This document shows positions 34,982 to 44,538 of a stretch of DNA of 64,000 bases, in pieces; within the stretch, counting starts at the first letter, position 1; the number at the start of each line of letters is the position of its first letter. The translations under genes were made by a program, and so were the position numbers. The stretch comes from Escherichia phage HK6, in the sequence record PP724615.1. The stretch is one strand, 5' to 3'. Under the pieces are notes generated by a model that made no database searches, was not told the origin of the DNA, and was given only the letters and a program-made list of their open reading frames with translations.

Positions 34982-36800
34982 GACACTAAAATTTAGTAAC
35001 GTTATGTCTTACGGTAAGGACATCGTAATTCATTTCGATAAGAATCCAGTTACTCAACTAATTGGTGGCAATGGGCTAGGGAAATCCACCATCGCTACTG
35101 TTATTGAAGAACTATTCTATAATAAGAACTCACGTGGTATTAAGAAGGATGCTCTGTTCTCTTGGTCTACTCCGAAAAAAGAGTACGATATGCACGCTTA
35201 CTTCTCGAAAGATGAAGATGAGTACGAACTACATAAAGTAGTTAAATCAACTGCTAAAGTAACTCTTATTAAGAATGGAGAAGATATTAGTGGACACACG
35301 GCAACTCAAACATACAAGATGATTGAGGAGATTATGGGAGGTGACTTCCAAACGTTCACCAAACTAATTTATCAATCAGTGGGTTCCAATCTAGACTTTC
35401 TAAAAGCAACAGATGCAACACGTAAGGCTTTTCTTGTTAACTTGTTCAATCAAGAACAGTATAAAGAAATGTCAGAAACTATTAAGGCTGACCGTAAAGA
35501 AATAGCAAATACCTTAAATAATTTGCAGGGCCAAATGGCTGTAATTACGAAAATCCTTAATGGAAAGAATAATCTAGGAACTCTACAGGAACCTGTAGAA
35601 GTACCCGAGTTTGATGAAGAGCCATTAGCACAAGAACTTACTGAATCGAAAATTAAGGCGGCATTAGCCAAGTCTCAAGAGGCTAATATTACTAAATTGC
35701 GTAATTTGGACAAAGCTGTACAAGTTGCCGAACAATCTTTCGAGCCTTTCAAAAATTTGCCTGCGCCCACTGACCAAAATGAAGAGATCTCGAGTGTTAC
35801 GCGTGACCTAACGATTGTGACCTCACGTGCGGGCGAAGTCAAGAAACGTTATCAGAAGTTCAAGCAAGAAGCTTCAAATACTGAATGTCCTACTTGTGGT
35901 ACTCATCTGGATACAACTGCTGCTCAAAAAGCAATGGATATGGCTAGAACAGAATATGATCCTCTGTTCAAAGAGAAGCAATCTCTTGAAGCTAAGTTAG
36001 AACAGTTGAAGAAAGAACAACTTGAATACACTGCATATATTAGAGCAAAGGATGCTTTGGATAAAGCAGTGATAGCTAGAGACGAGTTCAAAAATTCAAT
36101 GAGTGATGCTTCTTTTGAAGAACTCAATGTGCAAATCCTACAGGTGCAAATCCGACAATTAGAACAGGAAATCGCTGATGGCCGTTCTAAGGTTGCAATT
36201 GCCAAAGAGCATAACGCAAATGTTGAATTAGCCAATGCAAAATATAAGGCGAAACTAGAACAGATTGAGAAAGCTGAGGCAGAACTGTCTGAGATTACTT
36301 CCAAACTGGATGAAGTATCAGAAGCTGTTGCTGATCTCGATATTCTGATCGCCGCATTGAAAAATCTGGTAGGGTATAAGCTAGAGCATAGTGTGAAAGT
36401 ATTTGAAGAGCTTATCAATAAATACCTTTCCATTATGACTGGTGGTAAGTTCGCACTTGGATTTGAACTTGATGAAACAAAATTACAAGTAGTAATCTTC
36501 AATGATGGAAATCGTACTAGTATGGAGAATTGCTCTACTGGTCAGCAAAGTAGAATCAATCTAGCAACTCTGTTAGCTATTCGAATGCTACTAACATCTA
36601 TTAGTAAAGTTAATATTAATCTTCTATTCCTTGATGAAGTAATTAGCTTTATTGATACTAAAGGACTTGACACTCTTGTTGAATTATTAAATGAGGAAGA
36701 AAGTCTAAATTCTATCATTGTTTCTCACGGGCATACGCATCCATTGGCTCATAAGATTACTGTCAAAAAAGATGCAGAAGGATTTTCCTACTTAGAATAA
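34962..36800 (+). CDS. SbcC/Rad50-like ATPase
   Basis: Walker A GGNGLGKST, long coiled-coil middle, ABC signature STGQQS, Walker B LLFLDE. Confidence 0.75.
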   Translation: MSKITIKTLKFSNVMSYGKDIVIHFDKNPVTQLIGGNGLGKSTIATVIEELFYNKNSRGIKKDALFSWSTPKKEYDMHAYFSKDEDEYELHKVVKSTAKVTLIKNGEDISGHTATQTYKMIEEIMGGDFQTFTKLIYQSVGSNLDFLKATDATRKAFLVNLFNQEQYKEMSETIKADRKEIANTLNNLQGQMAVITKILNGKNNLGTLQEPVEVPEFDEEPLAQELTESKIKAALAKSQEANITKLRNLDKAVQVAEQSFEPFKNLPAPTDQNEEISSVTRDLTIVTSRAGEVKKRYQKFKQEASNTECPTCGTHLDTTAAQKAMDMARTEYDPLFKEKQSLEAKLEQLKKEQLEYTAYIRAKDALDKAVIARDEFKNSMSDASFEELNVQILQVQIRQLEQEIADGRSKVAIAKEHNANVELANAKYKAKLEQIEKAEAELSEITSKLDEVSEAVADLDILIAALKNLVGYKLEHSVKVFEELINKYLSIMTGGKFALGFELDETKLQVVIFNDGNRTSMENCSTGQQSRINLATLLAIRMLLTSISKVNINLLFLDEVISFIDTKGLDTLVELLNEEESLNSIIVSHGHTHPLAHKITVKKDAEGFSYLE

Positions 36801-36803
36801 AAC

Positions 36804-37286
36804 ATGGCTGTAGATAGTAGAGAGAAAGGTAAACGTGGTGAATATCAGGTAAGAGATATTTTACGTGAACGTACAGGTCTTGAGTGGGAACGTGTTCCTG
36901 GTTCTGGTGCTTTTGGCCAGAGCCATGGACTAAAAGGTGACATCTACCTTCCACCACAAAGCGGACACATTAGTAAATACTGCTTCGAAGTTAAGTGGTA
37001 TAAAGATGACGCATTATCAAGTAATTTATTTAATGTTGGTGAATCCACTCTAGAGAAGTGGTGGCAGCAGTGCTCACGTGAAGGTGAGCAGATGAACTCC
37101 AAACCTGCATTAATATTCAAAAAAGACAGAGGACAGTGGTTAATAGCTTTGGATAGCTCAGACCCGATGGTTGACAACTTAATGAGTCGTACCCATATGG
37201 TGTTAAATAAGAAAGACATGGAAATCGTAATTGGTTTATTTGAGCCGTGGCTACATCATGCATCTGTTGAGGACTTAATTAAATAA
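36804..37286 (+). CDS. PD-(D/E)xK nuclease, Holliday-junction-resolvase-like
   Basis: GDIYLPP (Asp) and CFEVKW (E-x-K) arrangement in a 160-aa protein between SbcCD-like and FEN genes. Confidence 0.45.
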   Translation: MAVDSREKGKRGEYQVRDILRERTGLEWERVPGSGAFGQSHGLKGDIYLPPQSGHISKYCFEVKWYKDDALSSNLFNVGESTLEKWWQQCSREGEQMNSKPALIFKKDRGQWLIALDSSDPMVDNLMSRTHMVLNKKDMEIVIGLFEPWLHHASVEDLIK

Positions 37287-38161
37287 TGAGTAAATCCTGG
37301 GGAAAATTTATTGAAGAAGAGGAAGCTGAAATGGCTTCCCGTCGTAACCTAATGATTGTCGATGGAACTAACTTAGGCTTTCGCTTCAAGCATAATAATA
37401 GTAAGAAACCATTTGCCTCAAGTTATGTTTCCACTATTCAATCTCTTGCAAAATCTTATTCTGCTAGAACTACAATAGTTTTAGGGGATAAAGGGAAGTC
37501 AGCATTCCGCTTAGAGCATTTACCTGAGTATAAAGGGAACCGAGATGAGAAATACTCGCAGCGTACGGAAGAGGAGAAAGCGTTAGATGAGCAGTTCTTC
37601 GAGTATTTGAAAGATGCTTTCGAGTTATGTGAAACTACATTCCCAACTTTCACTATTCGTGGTGTAGAAGCAGACGACATGGCAGCTTATATTGTTAAGC
37701 TCATCGGGCATCTATATGATCACGTTTGGCTAATTTCTACCGATGGTGACTGGGATACCTTATTAACTGATAAAGTTTCTCGTTTTTCTTTCACAACGCG
37801 TCGTGAATACCATCTTCGTGATATGTATGAGCATCATAATGTTGATGATGTAGAGCAGTTTATCTCTCTGAAAGCAATTATGGGTGATTTAGGGGATAAT
37901 ATCCGTGGTGTCGAGGGTATCGGGGCAAAACGCGGGTATAATATTATTCGTGAATTTGGTAACGTTCTGGATATTATTGATCAGCTTCCACTGCCTGGAA
38001 AACAGAAATATATACAGAATTTAAATGCTTCGGAAGAACTGCTTTATCGAAACCTAATTCTGGTTGATTTACCTACCTACTGTGTGGATGCTATTGCTGC
38101 TGTAGGTCAAGATGTATTAGATAAGTTTACAAAAGATATTTTGGAGATTGCAGAACAATGA
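37286..38161 (+). CDS. 5'-3' flap endonuclease/exonuclease
   Basis: 291 aa (T5 D15 exonuclease size, from memory); PIN-like N-terminus LMIVDGTNLGFR, acidic metal-binding clusters, H3TH-like region. Confidence 0.8.
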   Translation: MSKSWGKFIEEEEAEMASRRNLMIVDGTNLGFRFKHNNSKKPFASSYVSTIQSLAKSYSARTTIVLGDKGKSAFRLEHLPEYKGNRDEKYSQRTEEEKALDEQFFEYLKDAFELCETTFPTFTIRGVEADDMAAYIVKLIGHLYDHVWLISTDGDWDTLLTDKVSRFSFTTRREYHLRDMYEHHNVDDVEQFISLKAIMGDLGDNIRGVEGIGAKRGYNIIREFGNVLDIIDQLPLPGKQKYIQNLNASEELLYRNLILVDLPTYCVDAIAAVGQDVLDKFTKDILEIAEQ

Positions 38162-38604
38162 TTAAAATTAAATTAACTCATCCAGATTGTATGCCTAAGA
38201 TTGGTTCCGAAGATGCCGCAGGTATGGATCTACGAGCATTCTTTGGTACTAACCCTGCTGCAGATTTACGCGCTATTGCACCTGGTAAATCCCTAATGAT
38301 TGACACCGGTGTCGCGGTGGAAATTCCGCGAGGTTGGTTCGGTTTGGTAGTTCCACGCAGCTCTTTAGGTAAGCGTCATCTGATGATTGCAAACACCGCA
38401 GGGGTGATCGATTCAGACTATCGTGGAACTATTAAGATGAACCTTTATAACTATGGTTCTGAAATTCAAACTCTGGAGAATTTTGAAAGACTTTGTCAGC
38501 TAGTAGTAGTACCACACTACTCAACTCATAATTTTGAAATCGTTGACGAACTGGGGGAGACTAATCGTGGGGAAGGCGGATTTGGAAGTTCAGGAAGCAA
38601 ATAA
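38158..38604 (+). CDS. dut: dUTPase
   Basis: Motifs AGMDL, PRSSLG, GVIDSDYRG and C-terminal Gly-rich tail. Confidence 0.85.
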   Translation: MIKIKLTHPDCMPKIGSEDAAGMDLRAFFGTNPAADLRAIAPGKSLMIDTGVAVEIPRGWFGLVVPRSSLGKRHLMIANTAGVIDSDYRGTIKMNLYNYGSEIQTLENFERLCQLVVVPHYSTHNFEIVDELGETNRGEGGFGSSGSK

Positions 38605-38830
38605 TTTTACTGATCCTAATATGATAGGTGTTGATACTAATGCGTCAACTTATCAGATTAAAACTACTGAACCAGAAACGTTTGTGCTAAGAACGGATAA
38701 AGAAGGTAATGTTATTTTCTGGGATCCTGAAGGTTTTGTAGAGCTTTGTACTAATACAGATAATGAGCAGTTAAAATTACTACTAACTATTTATAATCTT
38801 GGCATTATAGAAGGTTGTAGAAGTGAATAA
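38534..38830 (+). CDS. hypothetical protein
   Basis: 98-aa ORF overlapping dut 3' end; real start likely internal. Confidence 0.3.
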   Translation: MKSLTNWGRLIVGKADLEVQEANNFTDPNMIGVDTNASTYQIKTTEPETFVLRTDKEGNVIFWDPEGFVELCTNTDNEQLKLLLTIYNLGIIEGCRSE

Positions 38831-38835
38831 CAGAA

Positions 38836-38870
38836 AAAACCCCAGTGGATTTTGTCCACTGGGGTTTATT
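38836..38870. terminator. bidirectional terminator at the convergent early/late junction
   Basis: AAAAAA-CCCCAGTGGA-TTTTG-TCCACTGGGG-TTTATT: 10-bp stem with A-tract upstream and T-tract downstream. Confidence 0.7.
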
Positions 38871-38919
38871 GTACTTAGCATCATAAAACTACGCTAAGTT
38901 CTCTATATTAACAAGTTTA

Positions 38920-39084
38920 TTTACAGGGCTTTAAGTTCTTCAGCGAAGTTACCGCGACCACCCCAACCGTTACCGATCCAGAAACCAATCAAACCACCAA
39001 TTGCATCACCGATACCAGCCGCACCAGCTTCGCTACCAAAGCCGTCACCGCCCAGATTGGTAGGTAAAAGAGTCAAGTCAGACA
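38920..39084 (-). CDS. small glycine-zipper peptide (54 aa), not in ORF track
   Basis: Translated by hand: MSDLTLLPTNLGGDGFGSEAGAAGIGDAIGGLIGFWIGNGWGGRGNFAEELKAL; GGAG RBS 9 nt upstream of ATG; GGT-rich codons. Confidence 0.4.
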
Positions 39085-39306
39085 TAAGAAAATCTCCATA
39101 TATGGGTTGTTAGACGGATGTAACCAGTTGGTTACACTGGTAAGTATACTCGCTAACATACTATTTACCATGATATGCGTGTAAATAAATTGTAAATAGC
39201 CTGGCATTGGTACTCCTATAATGCAATGGACGCCATGACTTGAACAAAAGGAGGGAGTTATGTTTAAACGCGGTGCGGTCATAGGTAAGGCGAGAAAGTG
39301 ACAACT

Positions 39307-39338
39307 AAAAAAAAAAAAAAAAGGAGCCAAACGGCTCC
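39307..39338 (-). terminator. strong rho-independent terminator after the tail-fibre gene
   Basis: On minus strand: GGAGCC-GTTT-GGCTCC hairpin followed by a 16-nt T run. Confidence 0.75.
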
Positions 39339-39351
39339 TTAATTATTGTGG

Positions 39352-42009
39352 TTATGGCAGATCGTTGTTAACCACATTGCCCTTCAACGCAGCTATCTCC
39401 GCTTTCAAACTATCAATTTCTGCTTTGAGCGCTTGAGTGGCGCCCATCAAGTCCATAATAATAGGGTTAGTATCAATTGAAGGTCTGTCTCGGGTCTTCT
39501 GTGAAACAATTTTCTTCTCGACTTCACGACGAATAAATTTCTGTTCAATGCGTTGTTCTTTGATTTGTTCTGTAATACCAGTTTCGGGGTCGGTATAATC
39601 TACAGTAACCTCTACAGGTACATCCTCGTATATATCCTTATAAACATCCTCGTATACATCCTCATAAATCTCTTCATTGTGCTTCACATATTGTGGGGTG
39701 ACTTTCTCCGATTCTTCTGCAATAATACCAAATCTTATTCTTTCTTGTTCATCATCCTTATAAATAAAAGTGACCATGCGTTGTGCCATGATGCGGTTTA
39801 AAGCATCAATAGGATTACCGTCATTGATCTCCTTTTTATATGCTAAGCCAGATGTTCCTTGCAGTGCAAGGGTTCCGGCAGCACTCGGAAGCCTAATCCA
39901 ATACTCAGGCGAACCTGCTGGGGTATATGTTTGAAATCCATAGCTCCCTACAGTTTCGCTAAATCCAACACGGGTTCGAATAACTCCATTTGCTGCTAAG
40001 TTACAAGCATAAGACGCTGCACCATTGGATCTAAACGTTGCAGCGTCGGTTCCTGCTTCCCCGCCACCTGCTACAATCCGCCCGGTAATATAGGTAGAGA
40101 ACGCAAGTGTAATCCCAGTACCCGCACCCCCAATGATTACCGGAGTAGAATGATACGTGCCATCCTCATTGTAGTAGTAGAATGCATAGGCCCCGCTGGC
40201 AGCATGCCCTGATCGCCATCTTACAGTAGATGGACTGGAAGGTCCAGTATAGGCTGTGTAAGCCGTACCCGCACCCGTCGCTCTAACTAATAGGCTGTCT
40301 TGACTATAGCTCCCAGTTGTCCTGAGCTGACCAACTTCCCCAAATGAATTAGTCTTGTGAGATGGTAGCGTGACTGTTTTAGCTGAAGCGCTGTAGTTAA
40401 AGACAGCATTAGTGCTACTAGTATTATTCTCCTGGAGTCGTATGCTACCGCCATCCATAACCATAACATAGCCAGTTACATCACCTGCGGCGTCAACTTC
40501 TTCAAATTTAATTGTTGGGTTAGCACTCTTGATTAAAAGAGGGTCACTAGCGGTCGCCCCAAATTCTGCATTAAGGTTAAACTTCTGCTTTTTGGTAAAA
40601 GTATTTTCAGCACCAAGTCTAGCTATGCTGGAAGGGTCCATTGAATCCACATACCCTTTCGCACGGTTAGCTTCCTCTGTTGCTAGGGTAGCTTTCTGCC
40701 CTGCGGTTGTAGCGCTGCCTGCGGCTGCTGTAGCTTGTTTCACCGCTTCGGTTGCACTAGCACCCGCTTGAGTTGCAGAAGCTGCGGCAGCGTCTTTTAG
40801 TGGGGTTATTGCATTAATTGCTTCCGTCTTAGCTGTATTAACTTCTTTGACTGCGTCGGCTTTAGCTGTTGCGACTTCAGTCAACGCGGAGTCTTTAATT
40901 GCTTGAGTATCTGTTTTTAACTGAGTAACGTCAGCCTTAATCTGAGTAACTGTAGCTACAGCAGCGTTAGTTGTGTTAGCAGACCCCGCCGCGTCAGCTT
41001 GTGCTTGTCTAGCAGCCTCTTCACTAGCTTTTGAGTTAGTTTCACTAGCTTTTGAGTTAGTTTCTGAATTTTTTGCTGCAGCAGCAGCAGCAGTAGCCTG
41101 CGTAGCGAATATTTCTGCCTCATCCCTGAATCCTTTGGAATCAGAAGCAGATGCAGCACTACTAGCAGCGTTAGTTTCTGAAGTTTTAGCTGCGGAAGCG
41201 GATGCAGCAGCGTTAGTTTCTGAAGCTTTTGCAGCTGCAGCAGAAGCAGCCGCAGCCGTTTCTGAGGTTTTAGCCGCTGAAGCAGAAGCAGACGCAGCAG
41301 TTTTGCTACTATTAGCATTAGTCTCAGAAGTTTTAGCCGCTGTTTCACTAGCTTTTGCATTAGTCTCAGAAGTTTTAGCTGCGGTTTCACTAGCTTTTGC
41401 GTTGGTTTCTGAAATTTTTGCTGCTGTTTCACTAGCTTTTGCATTAGTCTCAGAAGTCTTAGCAGCTTTAGCACTGTTAGCAGAAGCAGTAGCAGAAGAA
41501 GCAGAAGCAGTAGCAGAAGAAACAGACTGAGCTGCAGAAGAAGCAGACTGAGTTGCAGATTGTTGAGAAGATCCTGCGGAAATTTCTGCTTCATTCTCAG
41601 AAGTTTTAGCCGCTATTTCACTTGCTTTTGCGTTAGTTTCTGAAGTTTTAGCCGCTATTTCACTTGCTTTTGCATTGGTCTCAGAAGTCTTAGCAGCTTT
41701 AGCACTATTAGCCGAAGCAGTAGCAGAAGACGCAGACTGAGTTGCAGATTGCTGGGAAGATGTTGCGGAAATTTCAGCTTCATTCTCAGAGTCTTTAGCA
41801 CTTAATTCTGACTGTTTAGCATTAATCTCAGATTGCTTAGCTGCTGCAGCGGATGCTTTAGAGGACTCTATAGCAGAGGTTAGCTCTGCAGCAGTAATGG
41901 AGCTAATTGTATTCCCAAGAACTACAGTGTATTTAGGGTATTTACTTGCAGTTACACTATTTTGGTCCATAGTGACCATTTGTTGTAAAATTATTTTCGT
42001 TATAGCCAT
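39352..42009 (-). CDS. L-shaped tail fibre protein with C-terminal intramolecular chaperone
   Basis: 885 aa; long Ala/Ser/Thr repeat region; C-terminal IDALNRIMAQRMVTFIYKDD...RIRFGIIAEESEKVTPQYV resembles peptidase S74 chaperone domains. Confidence 0.7.
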   Translation of the reverse strand: MAITKIILQQMVTMDQNSVTASKYPKYTVVLGNTISSITAAELTSAIESSKASAAAAKQSEINAKQSELSAKDSENEAEISATSSQQSATQSASSATASANSAKAAKTSETNAKASEIAAKTSETNAKASEIAAKTSENEAEISAGSSQQSATQSASSAAQSVSSATASASSATASANSAKAAKTSETNAKASETAAKISETNAKASETAAKTSETNAKASETAAKTSETNANSSKTAASASASAAKTSETAAAASAAAAKASETNAAASASAAKTSETNAASSAASASDSKGFRDEAEIFATQATAAAAAAKNSETNSKASETNSKASEEAARQAQADAAGSANTTNAAVATVTQIKADVTQLKTDTQAIKDSALTEVATAKADAVKEVNTAKTEAINAITPLKDAAAASATQAGASATEAVKQATAAAGSATTAGQKATLATEEANRAKGYVDSMDPSSIARLGAENTFTKKQKFNLNAEFGATASDPLLIKSANPTIKFEEVDAAGDVTGYVMVMDGGSIRLQENNTSSTNAVFNYSASAKTVTLPSHKTNSFGEVGQLRTTGSYSQDSLLVRATGAGTAYTAYTGPSSPSTVRWRSGHAASGAYAFYYYNEDGTYHSTPVIIGGAGTGITLAFSTYITGRIVAGGGEAGTDAATFRSNGAASYACNLAANGVIRTRVGFSETVGSYGFQTYTPAGSPEYWIRLPSAAGTLALQGTSGLAYKKEINDGNPIDALNRIMAQRMVTFIYKDDEQERIRFGIIAEESEKVTPQYVKHNEEIYEDVYEDVYKDIYEDVPVEVTVDYTDPETGITEQIKEQRIEQKFIRREVEKKIVSQKTRDRPSIDTNPIIMDLMGATQALKAEIDSLKAEIAALKGNVVNNDLP
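40985..41800 (-). repeat. tandem and segmental coding repeats within the tail-fibre gene
   Basis: Near-identical ~39-nt units (TTTTAGCCGC..TTTCACTAGCTTTTGC..TTAGTTTCTGAAG) recur at least 5 times; ~100-nt segment at ~41455-41600 duplicated at ~41680-41790. Confidence 0.7.
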
Positions 42010-42431
42010 TATTGAGTTACCCCGTCACTAATATAAATTTTACCTTCCATAATACGGAAAGAGCTAGTAGCACTACCAACAGCTGTTCTAGTAATTATAA
42101 CATCGTAGTATCCAGCTAACCTTTGTCTAGGATTATACCTATCCCTTTCTTTGGATGCTTTGGAAGCAATAGTAGTTACGGCATTAACAGGTAAGCTTAT
42201 AGATGCTACACCTTGTCTAGCATCCACAATAGAAGTGGTAAAGGATGCTAAAGTTTCAGCTCCATCTTCTAAGCTACTTTTAATACTTCCTCTAAGAGAG
42301 AAGCCAGTAAGATCTACTGGCTTAGATGTAGCAGGATAAACACTATCATCTACATCCATAAATTGCATAAGTAAACCATAAGGTACGTTTTCGTCTACTA
42401 CTAAATCAATAACTCTATTTTCTGTACTCAT
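42009..42431 (-). CDS. tail protein (T5 p132-like by position and size)
   Basis: 140-aa ORF coupled between tail-fibre and baseplate genes. Confidence 0.4.
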   Translation of the reverse strand: MSTENRVIDLVVDENVPYGLLMQFMDVDDSVYPATSKPVDLTGFSLRGSIKSSLEDGAETLASFTTSIVDARQGVASISLPVNAVTTIASKASKERDRYNPRQRLAGYYDVIITRTAVGSATSSFRIMEGKIYISDGVTQ

Positions 42432-42435
42432 TATT

Positions 42436-44538
42436 TTACCTTATATGGATATACCCGTTTTGCAGGTCTATCTTCATTTTGTAAGATCCCTCTGGATTAG
42501 AGGATAGTGCTGCTGCACGATCATATATAATATTTACACCAATTTGTGATAAGAAAGCGTTATTAGCAACAATTTTACTAGCAGTTACTGTACCATTAAC
42601 TATCATATCACCATGTAAAACCATTGCAGGGCTAGCCCATGCTGAACCATTCCACTGCCTAGTAAACGCTGTTCCTGGTGCTCCGCTCTTATACTCTGTT
42701 AGTACATCATATTTAACAGGACCAGTACCAAAGTTAGATGTAAAAAACGAATTAGCTTGAGAATCATTCCATGCTGTTAAATTCGCAATAGCAAGAGAAT
42801 ACATTCCAGGACCACGTTGTCCATTATTACCTGGTCGTCCATCAGCTCCTGGTTTACCATCTGCTCCTGGTCTACCATCAACACCTTCAGTACCACTCCA
42901 TTGAACTACATCTGACCAACTGGTTCCGGATACTAACTGATTAGTAACAGGGTCTAGAGTACCAGTAGAGCAGTAAATATTTTGAGTATTAGATGTTCTA
43001 TTTGGTGGGGTTTTAGACCAACCAGAAGGTGGGTATGCAGGGCTTGTTGGTTTAGCAGGTAATGAAGTACCTAGAATATAAATAAATACTGTTTGTTTAC
43101 CCTGTATACCCGTCGCTATATCAATGTCGCCATTAGGTGTACCGATCACAACTCCACTAGAAATTCTTAAGGTATCACCATCATAACGAATATATTGTGT
43201 AGCATTACCGATATCTAGTTTTGGCTTCGCAGTAGCATTATCCATACCCATCCAAATACCAGATTTTGTATCCCCCCAAGTTTTACCTTGAGTATAGATT
43301 GCAGGGTTGTCTTGACCAGTCAAATTAGTCATGACAAAGTTCGCAGCATTAATGGTTTTGGTTATTACACTTCCATCAACGTTAACTATCTTTTTAATAG
43401 GGTCAAAAGATATTGGTGCTTTTCCTTCGGCATCTAGAAGTCCAATGTTAATTGCACCGGTGGCAGCGTCTATTAGAAAGGTTTGTTTCCAGGTAGATCC
43501 ATCTTTAATCTTACCCTTGATGTATGCATAGTTTACTTCGATACCGGTCTCATTAACAAAACTATTATCTAACGGTGTACTCTCATTTAGTATAAATGTC
43601 TGTACTGCGGAATCAGTAACATCTTGAGCATCTGGTCCCCAGGCAATAGATGACACTTTAAATTTATGCTCTACTTTCCATGGGAATGATATAATTGTTG
43701 CCGACTGAGCAGCCCCCACGTTGATTTTTTGTGCTTTAGTCCATCCAGTTCTTGCAAATTCTGCTGAATCTATATAAGAGACAACGAATTCACGAACGTT
43801 GGCACCTGCACCCCTATTCCAATCCCATTGCACACGTAAATCATAGCGTTCTTTACCGTCTGCTATACGCGCAGCTTTAAACGCAATATTAACAGGAGCT
43901 GTAGGGGGTACAAAGTTATATCTAACTTCAAAGACAGTAGGATACTCATAGTATCCAGATGAATCAATAGTTACTCCATCTGGTAGGGATATTTGTCCAG
44001 AAATTCTTACCTTATAGAACCCTATTGGCACACCACCAAACATAATAGTTGGCATCAACGCACCAACATAATATTTAACCCACGGATTATTAGCATTAGA
44101 ATTGTTTTTTAATTCTATAGTACAATAATCAGCTTCTCCTGTAGTATCTATATAAACTATTGGCGCTCCAACACCTACGTCTACAGGCTCTGATTCACAT
44201 CTAGTACCTGTAATTCTAGGTGCCGACTTCATTTTAAAAGTTTGTTTGTCAGATAGATTAATACCTATCTGAGCATTAAGTAGTTCAGAGTCTATTATAG
44301 AATCATAAAATGCACCCTGAACTTCATAAGTTGTTGTAGGTTTTAGGTTATTAATAGTTACAGAGAAGGTATCAACTCCAGTAAAATCTCTACGAGTAAC
44401 ATTGCTACCTTCTTTAAGCCAAAAAGATCTGCCTATAACGTCGTAATCAGAGTAGATAGAATGCTGGATATACGCCAACGTATATCCAGTTAAGACGCTA
44501 TTTAGGACCATTTTAGCTGGTGCATTATTTGAAATCAT
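42436..44538 (-). CDS. baseplate/tail-tip protein (pb4-like) with collagen-like segment
   Basis: 700 aa; nine Gly-X-Y triplets [27 protein letters not shown]; position after baseplate hub gene. Confidence 0.5.
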   Translation of the reverse strand: MISNNAPAKMVLNSVLTGYTLAYIQHSIYSDYDVIGRSFWLKEGSNVTRRDFTGVDTFSVTINNLKPTTTYEVQGAFYDSIIDSELLNAQIGINLSDKQTFKMKSAPRITGTRCESEPVDVGVGAPIVYIDTTGEADYCTIELKNNSNANNPWVKYYVGALMPTIMFGGVPIGFYKVRISGQISLPDGVTIDSSGYYEYPTVFEVRYNFVPPTAPVNIAFKAARIADGKERYDLRVQWDWNRGAGANVREFVVSYIDSAEFARTGWTKAQKINVGAAQSATIISFPWKVEHKFKVSSIAWGPDAQDVTDSAVQTFILNESTPLDNSFVNETGIEVNYAYIKGKIKDGSTWKQTFLIDAATGAINIGLLDAEGKAPISFDPIKKIVNVDGSVITKTINAANFVMTNLTGQDNPAIYTQGKTWGDTKSGIWMGMDNATAKPKLDIGNATQYIRYDGDTLRISSGVVIGTPNGDIDIATGIQGKQTVFIYILGTSLPAKPTSPAYPPSGWSKTPPNRTSNTQNIYCSTGTLDPVTNQLVSGTSWSDVVQWSGTEGVDGRPGADGKPGADGRPGNNGQRGPGMYSLAIANLTAWNDSQANSFFTSNFGTGPVKYDVLTEYKSGAPGTAFTRQWNGSAWASPAMVLHGDMIVNGTVTASKIVANNAFLSQIGVNIIYDRAAALSSNPEGSYKMKIDLQNGYIHIR

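Noticed and set aside
35924-36502. 192-aa minus-strand ORF inside the SbcC-like gene
   Set aside because: Antisense to the coiled-coil region of a well-supported gene; Ser/Cys-rich low-complexity product.
39073-39330. 85-aa minus-strand ORF spanning the homopolymer tract
   Set aside because: It reads through the T16 terminator tail (poly-Phe) and the hairpin. Artefactual.
40956-41594. 212-aa minus-strand and 185-aa plus-strand ORFs (also 40529-40771) inside the tail-fibre gene
   Set aside because: They arise because the ~39-nt coding repeats of the fibre keep several frames open; translations are poly-Leu or poly-Ala low complexity. Not independent genes.
40985-41800. Possible CRISPR-like array because of regular repeats
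   Set aside because: The repeats are contiguous with no unique spacers, lie inside a long ORF and encode a periodic peptide. No CRISPR array or cas genes are present.
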